A stretch of DNA of 64,000 bases from an uncultured Acidobacteriota bacterium (GTDB lineage Bacteria > Actinomycetota > Acidimicrobiia > Spongiisociales > ZC4RG35): assembly GCA_963828465.1 (NCBI GenBank), contig CAWHEU010000007.1, forward strand, positions 19,039-83,038, read 5' to 3'. The notes under the pieces were generated by a model. The model saw only the letters and a list, made by a program, of their open reading frames with translations, was not told the origin of the DNA and did not search any database. A program made the position numbers and the translations under genes. Shown piece after piece: positions 9,872 through 17,410 of the stretch. How positions within the stretch are numbered: the first letter of the stretch is position 1; the number at the start of each line of letters is the position of its first letter.

Positions 9872-11167
9872 CGTAACTCCCATCCACGGGCCTGACCGAC
9901 ATCCCGGCCAGGTCGACCAGGTGTTGGGCCGGCCCCAGTTTCAGCGCAGCATCGACCAGGGACTCGTCGTTTTTCCCTAGGACGACGATGTCCCCGAACG
10001 CAAGCACCTCGTCGGGGGAGGACACAAGGATTTGCTCGAACGACGGAAGCTGCGCGGTGAGGAATGCCAGGTTGGCCCCGATGAGGCCCTTCGGGTCGAA
10101 GTCAGGGTCGAAGACCCGAACTTCCTTGCCACAGGCGAGCAGGCGCCGGGCCAGTTCGAGGAAGGGGCTGTTGCGCAGGTCGTCGGTGTTCGACTTGAAC
10201 GTGATGCCGAGCAATCCGACCTTGTTACCGCCAAGATCCTCGATGAGGTCCAACGCGGACCGTATGTGCTCTTCGTTGCTCTGGGGGATCGCCGAGATAA
10301 GCGGCAGATCGAGCTCCCGGCTTTGGGCGTGAGACTGGAGAGCCGCGATGTCCTTGGGCAGGCACGACCCGCCGTAGGCGAATCCAGGTCGCAAATACCG
10401 GGACGAGATGTTCAGTTTGGTGTCGCCGGTCATGATCGTCATGACCTCCCTGCCGTCGACCCCCACATCACGGGCGAGCCGGCCCATCTCGTTGGCGAAA
10501 CTCACTTTGAGGGCGTGCCAGCTGTTGTCTACGTATTTGGCCAGTTCGGCGACCTCGAAGACTGTGTCGGAGCGAGGGCATTCGAACTGTGCGTAAAGCT
10601 GGTCTGTGATCGCATTGTGCTTGCCGTGCTCGGTGCCAACCACGATCTTGGGAGGCTCCCGGTAGTCCTTGATGGACGAGCCTTCGCGCAGGAACTCCGG
10701 GTTGAAGCACAGATCGATCTGTTCGCCAATCGTGAGACCCGAAGCAGACTCGAGAATCGGAAGGACGATGTCCCTCGTCGTCCCCGGGAGCACCGTGGAC
10801 CGAAGGATGACGGTGAAGGGACTAGTCCTTCCCCTCAATGCCCGACCGATATCGGCCACCACCGTGCGGATGTGGTCGAGCTCGATGCTTCCGTCGGGAC
10901 GGCTGGGTGTTCCGACGCAGATCAAGGCGGCGTCCGACTGCTCCACCGCCGCCACCGAATCGTCCGTGGCCTAGCAGTCTTCCCGAAGCGACGCCGGAGG
11001 CGATCAGATCATCGAGCCCGGGCTCGCGGATCGGCGCACGGCCGGACGTTGAAGATCTCCACTTTTTCCAGGTTGGAGTCGACACCGACCACGTCATGGC
11101 CGTCTTCGGCGAGGCAGGCAGACGTAACCGACCCCACGTAGCCCAGCCCGAAAACTGCCAGCTTCAC
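9855..11167 (-). CDS. GDP-mannose/UDP-glucose 6-dehydrogenase family, AlgD-like (frameshifts in 10960-11060)
   Basis: GTG start MKLAVFGLGYVG; CVGTPS, NPEFLREG, LRPGFAYGGSCLPKD, FKSNTDDLRNSP. Confidence 0.88.
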
Positions 11168-11633
11168 GCTGCGAAGAAGTCGTAAGAGCTCGAACGCGTC
11201 AGTGATGTGCGTAGATGGCCACAGCCGTGACTACCCCGCGACAGTCCCAAGACACGCCCAGCGCACCAGCGCGCGTTCGCGCATTCCCCCGCCCACATTG
11301 TGTGCCTCCCTTATGCGGCATAGCCGCGGCTCCACATCCCAATAGGTTGCCCCAGGTGCACTGCACCTCACCGGCACTTTAACCGGGGAGGATTCGCACA
11401 CCAGTCGTTCATGTATGTAATCGACGACGGCAAACAGAGGGTTACTGCTCGAGTTGCTGTCCGGCTAATAAACAACCCTGAATCTCCCTGCAGGACGGTC
11501 ACGGCGAACTGACTCGAGCCGGGGTGATGATCAATACGGGGTGCCTGCGGGCTTCCTCTTGCCGCGGATAGCGGCCTACATTCACCACGCCGAACGGTCA
11601 CAGGCCGTCCCAGGGGATCGGAGACCCGGAGCA

Positions 11634-12768
11634 ATGACAAACCTGCAGGAAGGGATCGAGCCCCTTGCCGATCTGCTCGCCCGCGACCTCGACCACATCG
11701 TCGACCAGCTCGTCGACGAATTCGCGGTCGATGGCTGGGAAGCGCCTCCTCATCACCGGAGGAGCCGGATTCCTCGGCTACTACCTCGTGCAGAGTGTGC
11801 TCCACTGGAACGACCGCGTTGTCGAAGATCAGCGGATCCACACGACCGTGTTCGACAACTACGTGCGTGGCGTCCCGGCGTGGCTGGATGAACTCGGCCG
11901 GCGTGGCGATCTAACGATGGTTCGACACGACGTCCGGCAACCACTGCCGGACACGATGCCAGACTTCGAGTTCATCGTCCACGCCGCAGGTATCGCGTCC
12001 CCGACGTATTACCGAGCCCACCCGCTGGAGACGATGGATGCCAACATCGACGGGCTGCGAATGCTGCTCGAGTACGCACGAGACCGGGTCGACCGAGGCC
12101 TCGAGGTCGGCGGCTTCATCTTCTACTCGAGCAGCGAGATCTACGGCGATCCGGCTCCCGACCGCATCCCTACGTCGGAGGACTACCGCGGCAACGTCTC
12201 CTGCACGGGCCCGCGCGCCTGTTACGACGAGTCGAAGCGCTACGGCGAGACCTTGTGCTCGGTGTTCGCCCAGCACTACGGCGTGCCGGTGCGGATGGTC
12301 CGCCCATTCAACAACTACGGACCGGGACTCAAGATCAGTGATCGACGCGTCATCCCCGACTTCGCACGCGACGTCTTCAGCGGTCGCGACATCGTCATGC
12401 TCTCAGATGGAAGCCCGAAGCGAACCTTCTGCTACGTGGCCGACGCCGTTGTCGGCTATTACCGGGCCCTGGTGCGAGGACGGGCCGGCGAGCCCTACAA
12501 CATCGGGATCGATCGTCCGGAGATCTCGATGGCGGACCTCGGGCGACGGCTGGCCACGACTGCGCACGACCTCTTCGGCTATTCCGGGAAGGTAGTGACG
12601 GGCGAGTCGACTGAGGCTGACTATCTGGTCGACAATCCGAACCGCAGGTGCCCGGACATGACGAAATCTCGGGCTGAGTTGGGCTACGAGCCGTCGATAC
12701 TCGTGGACGAGGGCCTTCGGCGAACCCTCGTGTGGTACCACTACCACCGCCATGCTGAAGACGCCTGA
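11634..12768 (+). CDS. NAD-dependent epimerase/dehydratase, UDP-glucuronate decarboxylase-like (frameshift near 11725)
   Basis: ITGGAGFLG, AGIASP, SSSEIYGDP, GPRACYDESKRYGE, RPFNNYGP; N-terminus MTNLQE...DLDHI lies in another frame. Confidence 0.88.
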
Positions 12769-14105
12769 TGCGAGTCTCCATCATCGGCGCCGGCTATGTC
12801 GGGCTCGTCACCGGGGTGTGCTTGGCCGAAAAGGGTCACCAAGTCGTTTGCGTCGACGTGGACCATACGAAAGTCGAGCGCCTCACTCGAGGTGAGGCGC
12901 CGATCCATGAGGTCGGCCTCGGCGAGTTGCTCGATCGTCACGCCGGCAAGGGATTTTCGGCAACGACCGACCTCGTCGGCGCGGTCCGGGACTCCGAGGT
13001 GACCTTCATAGCCGTGGGCACGCCGTTCGACGGCGCCGCAATCGACCTGACATATGTCGTGAATGCGGCGCGCCAAGTGGGGGCCGCCTTGGCCGAGAAG
13101 TCCGAGCATCACGTCGTCGTCGTCAAGAGCACGGTTGTGCCCGGCACAACGGACGGCGAGGTGCGGACAGCTCTGGAGGAGACCTCGGGCCGGCGCGCCG
13201 GTGAAGGCTTCGGTCTCGGGGTCAACCCGGAGTTCCTGACCGAGGGCCAGGCCGTCGCCGACTTCATGGATCCCGACCGAATCGTGATCGGCGGGGTCGA
13301 CGAGCGGACGCTCGACATCCTGTCCGACGTTTACGCCCCCTTCACCGACGTCCCGATCGTCCGCACCAACAACAAGTCGGCCGAGATGATCAAGTACGCG
13401 TCCAACGCCCTGCTTGCGACCATGATCTCTTTCTCGAACGAGTTCGCCGACTTGTGCACCGCACTCGGTGGGGTCGACGCCCGTGACGTCATGGCCGGTC
13501 TGCACACATCCGGATATCTCAGCGTTCCTGGATCCGATGGCGAGTCGAACCCCGCACCGATCGTGAGCTTCCTCGAGGCGGGCTGCGGATTCGGGGGAAG
13601 TTGCCTCCCCAAGGACGTCAGTGCCCTCGTCGCGCACGGAGCCCTGAAGGGAGTGAAGATGAACGTGCTCCAGGCCGTTCTCGACACCAACATCCAACGT
13701 CCGGATCGCGTGCTCGAAGGGATCCGCCGCGAGGTCCCCGACCTGCACGACGCCCGCGTCTCCGTGCTCGGCCTGGCGTTCAAGCCCGATACGGACGACG
13801 TTCGGGAATCTCCGGCATTTCCGATCATCGAGCGACTTGTCACCGCCGGAGCGGATGTCACGGCATACGACCCGGTCGCGATGGGCACGGCTCGACTCGT
13901 ACTCGGAGAGACACCCGTGAAGTACGCCGCATCCCTCGAGGAGGCGGTCACTTCCGCCGACATCATCGTGATCGTCACGCGCTGGCACGAGTTCGAACGA
14001 CTACCGGCGCTGCTCCACAAGCTCGACCGAGCGCCGTTCGTGTTCGACGGCCGTCGCATGCTCGACGAGAACGCAGTTGAGCGGTACGGGGGTATCGGAC
14101 GATGA
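12768..14105 (+). CDS. ugd: UDP-glucose 6-dehydrogenase family
   Basis: IIGAGYVG, AVGTP, KSTVVPGT, NPEFL, GFGGSCLPKD, FKPDTDDVRESP, FDGR. Confidence 0.92.
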   Translation: MRVSIIGAGYVGLVTGVCLAEKGHQVVCVDVDHTKVERLTRGEAPIHEVGLGELLDRHAGKGFSATTDLVGAVRDSEVTFIAVGTPFDGAAIDLTYVVNAARQVGAALAEKSEHHVVVVKSTVVPGTTDGEVRTALEETSGRRAGEGFGLGVNPEFLTEGQAVADFMDPDRIVIGGVDERTLDILSDVYAPFTDVPIVRTNNKSAEMIKYASNALLATMISFSNEFADLCTALGGVDARDVMAGLHTSGYLSVPGSDGESNPAPIVSFLEAGCGFGGSCLPKDVSALVAHGALKGVKMNVLQAVLDTNIQRPDRVLEGIRREVPDLHDARVSVLGLAFKPDTDDVRESPAFPIIERLVTAGADVTAYDPVAMGTARLVLGETPVKYAASLEEAVTSADIIVIVTRWHEFERLPALLHKLDRAPFVFDGRRMLDENAVERYGGIGR

Positions 14106-14127
14106 CCAGCGCATCAGGTCGGAGTAG

Positions 14128-14557
14128 TCAGGCCGGGGTCAAGATGAATACCGGGTGCCTTTGGGCTTCCTCCTGCCATGCCTCGATCGGCGCCGAGGGG
14201 TCGGTCACGAAGTAGGAGCCAATCACAGGGGCGCACGATCGGGTTCAGCGACGCCAGCAGATCCCGCACGATGGGGGCCGCCTGATCTGTGGTGAGCTCC
14301 TGCGAGGTAACCGGAAAGGTACGTCGTCTCACCGTAACCACGGCCTCTCCAGCTGCTCGAAGGTTCCTCACCCAGTCCACCCGGCCGTAGACGGACACCA
14401 ACAGCCAGCCGGTTCCGTGTGGGTTGAGTGCGATGGGTGTGGTGCGCGGGAGGCCGGAGTTTCGACCGCGGACTGTGAGCAGGGCCTGGGGACCAAGGGG
14501 CAACCCGAGTCGGAGCAGGAACGAAACGATGGGGTTGTAGAACCGGGCGTACTTCAC
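14128..14557 (-). CDS. F420-dependent (deazaflavin) nitroreductase family, Ddn-like (frameshift near 14228)
   Basis: LLTVRGRNSGLPRTTP, YGRVDWVRNLRAAG; the alternative frame restores the C-terminus EEAQRHPVFILTPA* at 14128. Confidence 0.85.
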
Positions 14558-14588
14558 GATACCTCCTTGTTAGTCTCTAGTACGTTCC

Positions 14589-14613
14589 TCGTATATTACG
14601 ACTACCATACTAT
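14589..14613. promoter_or_regulatory. Divergent ddn/marR promoter with palindrome TCGTA-TAT-TACGA; probable leaderless marR promoter
   Basis: AT-rich 56-bp intergenic region; inverted repeat 14589-14601; TACCAT hexamer 5 nt before the marR ATG, which has no SD. Confidence 0.45.
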
Positions 14614-15084
14614 ATGAAAACCAGACGAACCACTGCGGCGGCCCTGGCACGGGAGATCCAGCATCATCTCCGCGATCTCATCGCCCGGCTGCATCAACTC
14701 AATGACGCCGTCGGCGCCAGAGTCGAGCTGAGGGGGCCTGATCTGGAGATCCTGGACCTGATCGCGCGTCACGGGCCGGTGTCGCCCAGCGAAGTAGCGT
14801 CGGCAACCGGTGTTCATCCAGCCACCCTCACCGGCATAGTCGATCGATTGGAGGAAGGGGGGTGGGTGACCCGCCTACCGAATCCCGAGGATCGTCGGCG
14901 TGTCCGCCTCGAGGCGCGACGAGATCGTGGGCCGGAGTTGGTCCGCCTCTACGGCCCGATGAACCGCTCGCTGGCCGAGATCTGCGCAGCCCTGACTCCC
15001 GAGCAGCTCGGGGTGGTCCGCGACTTCCTTCGTGACGCTGCCGCCGCCGGGGGGGACGCGGTCAGCGGGCTCCGAGTCGACTGA
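14614..15084 (+). CDS. MarR family transcriptional regulator
   Basis: wHTH SPSEVASATGVHPATLTGIVDRLEEGGWV and wing PEDRRRV. Confidence 0.92.
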   Translation: MKTRRTTAAALAREIQHHLRDLIARLHQLNDAVGARVELRGPDLEILDLIARHGPVSPSEVASATGVHPATLTGIVDRLEEGGWVTRLPNPEDRRRVRLEARRDRGPELVRLYGPMNRSLAEICAALTPEQLGVVRDFLRDAAAAGGDAVSGLRVD

Positions 15085-15097
15085 GCCGCCCGAAACG

Positions 15098-15131
15098 AGA
15101 AGAGCCCGGCCGGGGGGCCGGGCTCTTCTTT
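15098..15131. terminator. Intrinsic terminator between convergent marR and yceI (probably bidirectional)
   Basis: 14-bp perfect stem AGAAGAGCCCGGCC-GGGG-GGCCGGGCTCTTCT followed by TT. Confidence 0.8.
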
Positions 15132-15146
15132 GTGCGGAGGACGGCG

Positions 15147-15710
15147 TCAAGCCTGGAGGGCAGCCTCGATGTCGAACTCGATCTTGAACTTCTCCGATAC
15201 CAGCACACCACCGTTTTCGAGTGGGACGTTCCATGTCAGGTCCCAGTCACGACGCTCGATCTCACCGACGGCGCTGAAGCCCGCCTTGGTGTTGCCGTAG
15301 GGATCCGTTGTGGTGCCTTCGAAACTGAGGTCGAACTGCACCGGGCGGGTCACGCCGCGGATGGTGAGATCACCGATCAGCTTCCAGTCGTCTCCAGCCG
15401 GGTTGAGCGCCGTCGACTTGAAGGTGATCAGAGGGTGCTGTTCGGCATCGAGGAAGTCGGCGGAGCGCAGATGCTCGTCTCGCTCTCGTGTGCCGGTGGT
15501 GACCGATGCGGCCTTGGCCTCGATCTCCACGGTCGACTGCCGTGGGTCGTCCGCCACCACGATCGTGGCATCGAGGTCCTCGAAGGTGCCTCGGACTTTG
15601 GCCACCATCAGATGTCGAGCGGTGATCCGGAGATCACTGTGGATCGGGTCGATGAGCCACGTCCCTGGATGGGGGACGATCCGGCCATCGACGATGCGGT
15701 CTGTTGCCAT
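15147..15710 (-). CDS. yceI: YceI family polyisoprenoid-binding protein
   Basis: WLIDPIHS, RHLMVAKVRGTF, RDEHLRSADFLD, GDLTIRGVT, LTWNVPLENGGVLV. Confidence 0.92.
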   Translation of the reverse strand: MATDRIVDGRIVPHPGTWLIDPIHSDLRITARHLMVAKVRGTFEDLDATIVVADDPRQSTVEIEAKAASVTTGTRERDEHLRSADFLDAEQHPLITFKSTALNPAGDDWKLIGDLTIRGVTRPVQFDLSFEGTTTDPYGNTKAGFSAVGEIERRDWDLTWNVPLENGGVLVSEKFKIEFDIEAALQA

Positions 15711-15730
15711 TAGTGAGCCCTTTCGCAGTG

Positions 15731-15748
15731 TTGTTGAACTGTCAACAT
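15731..15748. promoter_or_regulatory. Palindromic operator TTGTTGA-ACTG-TCAACAT upstream of yceI (RosR/MarR-like box)
   Basis: Perfect TGTTGA-N4-TCAACA inverted repeat about 20 nt upstream of the yceI start. Confidence 0.65.
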
Positions 15749-15789
15749 TCAAGGCTTCAACTGTATTCCCGCCTCGAGGTCCACCCTAC

Positions 15790-15814
15790 AAAGTCGACTA
15801 GAATGGTCAACAAT
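15790..15814. promoter_or_regulatory. Rrf2/IscR-type-1-like operator overlapping the -10 (TAGAAT) and ATG of the rrf2 gene
   Basis: AAAGTCGACTAGAATGGTCAACAAT; TAGAAT at 15799-15804, 8 nt before an ATG that has no SD. Confidence 0.65.
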
Positions 15815-16259
15815 GTGGATCTCGCGCAAGACCGACTATGCGACGCGAGCCGTTCTCGCCCTGGCCATCGCCGAAGGGGAGCGTCTCAATGCGCAGGACC
15901 TCTCGCGGAGAGTGGGCGTCCCCGAGCCATTCATGAAGCAGATCCTCATGCAGCTGCGCGACGCGGGGGTCGTCCGCTCGGAGCGAGGCCCGTCCGGTGG
16001 CTACCGGCTCAATCACGATCCCGCTGAGATCACCTTGGAGCGCATCGTGCGCATATTCCAGGGCCAACTTGCACCGATCGAATGCGCCACCCGCCACGAG
16101 CCGCAGCCGTGTTCGATGGAGATCGGGTGCAGCCTGCGCGATGTTTGGGCCGAAGTGCGCGACGCCACGATCGCCATTCTGGAGCGGACCGATTTCGCCA
16201 CCCTCGCCGCTCAGTCCGGCGGGCCCTGGGTCTCGGTAGGGCTGATCACCAAGCCCTAG
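15813..16259 (+). CDS. Rrf2 family transcriptional regulator with three Cys (probable Fe-S cluster)
   Basis: SRKTDYA, VRSERGPSGGYRL, ITLERIVR; C-X8-C-X5-C (ECATRHEPQPCSMEIGC). Confidence 0.92.
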   Translation: MWISRKTDYATRAVLALAIAEGERLNAQDLSRRVGVPEPFMKQILMQLRDAGVVRSERGPSGGYRLNHDPAEITLERIVRIFQGQLAPIECATRHEPQPCSMEIGCSLRDVWAEVRDATIAILERTDFATLAAQSGGPWVSVGLITKP

Positions 16260-17146
16260 ACGGACTGAGCAATCAGCTCCGACTGCTCGCGGTCCCGTCT
16301 GTTTCCTCTCACCGCGAGGACGATCGCGATCAGAGAACCGGCGACGATCGCCAGATAGCCCAAGGTCCTCGCCGATCCCTCGAGCCCGAACTGGTTGAAC
16401 AGCGTTCTCGAGTTGGTGATCACGATTACCGACCCGACCACCGTGCCGAGCACTCTTGGTGCCACCTTTGTCACCAACCAGGCGGCGAACGGTGCCGCGA
16501 TGGCGCCACCAACGAGAAGAGCGCCGGCGATCGGCCAGTCGATCCCTTGCGACCCGAGATTGATCAGGAACCCGAGGCTTGCAGCAACTGACACGAGGAA
16601 TTCGCTGGCGGACACCGACCCGATCACCTTCCGCGGCTCGGTCCGGCCCGAGACGAGCATCGTTGGAGTGGCGACCGGCCCCCACCCGCCACCTCCGCTG
16701 GCATCGACGAAGCCGGCAAACAATCCCAACGGTGCCAGGAACCTCGACTTGAAACCGAGGTGGTGGCGATCGGTCCGGGTACCCCTGACTGCGAATCGGA
16801 TTAGAAGGGAGACACCGAGGGCGAGCAAGATCGCCGACATCCAGGGCCGTGCCGCCTCTGTCGAGAGATTGGAGAGGACGGTGGCGCCGGCATAGGCGCC
16901 GACGGCGCCAGGCACCCCGAGGAGGAGCACAGTCCGCCAGTCGACATTTCCAAACCGCCAGTGAGAGGCTCCTGAGATGAGCGTGGTCCCCACTTCGGCG
17001 AAATGAACCGAGGCCGAGGCCATGGCCGGCGCGATGCCAGTCGCCACCAGAAGGGTCGACGAAGTGACCCCATAGGCCATGCCCAGCGAACCGTCGACCA
17101 TCTGTGCAGCAAAGCCGACGAGGACGAAAACGATGAGTGATGGCAT
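16256..17146 (-). CDS. TSUP / TauE-SafE family sulfur-compound transporter
   Basis: AQMVDGSLGMAYGV, SHWRFGNVDW, DASGGGGWGPV, IGSVSASEF; multiple TM helices. Confidence 0.92.
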   Translation of the reverse strand: MPSLIVFVLVGFAAQMVDGSLGMAYGVTSSTLLVATGIAPAMASASVHFAEVGTTLISGASHWRFGNVDWRTVLLLGVPGAVGAYAGATVLSNLSTEAARPWMSAILLALGVSLLIRFAVRGTRTDRHHLGFKSRFLAPLGLFAGFVDASGGGGWGPVATPTMLVSGRTEPRKVIGSVSASEFLVSVAASLGFLINLGSQGIDWPIAGALLVGGAIAAPFAAWLVTKVAPRVLGTVVGSVIVITNSRTLFNQFGLEGSARTLGYLAIVAGSLIAIVLAVRGNRRDREQSELIAQSV

Positions 17147-17166
17147 CTGGGATTTCCTTACAAGAT

Positions 17167-17191
17167 AAAGTTGACTTGGCTTGTCTATTTA
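17167..17191. promoter_or_regulatory. Second Rrf2-like operator upstream of the TSUP gene
   Basis: AAAGTTGACTTGGCTTGTCTATTTA shares AAAGTYGACT-N5-KGTCWA with the 15790 site; 20 nt upstream of the TSUP ATG. Confidence 0.55.
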
Positions 17192-17410
17192 ATACTGAAG
17201 ACACGATAGAGCCTGTTTCAGGGCGTCGTCAAGAACTCGACGAATGAGTCGGCGAAAGCCGCGGTCTAGTCCCTTTGGTCACTCATCACGTTCGTCGACC
17301 ACTCGACGTGGCACAACGGTCAGAGGTGCATGTATGCTCCGCGGCGTTGGGTGGAGGGCTATCGCTCTTCCTGGTCTACCGGTGCGGGGAAGGCACCAGG
17401 GGGTTTCACA

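Noticed and set aside
11425-11500. GGCAAAC as the start of a c-di-GMP-I riboswitch
   Set aside because: The downstream GNRA hairpin and GACGCAAA elements are absent
10032-13988. Long antisense ORFs (10032-11141 +, 12741-13988 -)
   Set aside because: They are shadows of the two NDP-sugar dehydrogenases, expected in high-GC DNA, and carry no motifs
15807-17204. 465-aa minus-strand ORF spanning Rrf2 and TSUP
   Set aside because: Arg/Pro-rich alternative frame overlapping two well-supported genes
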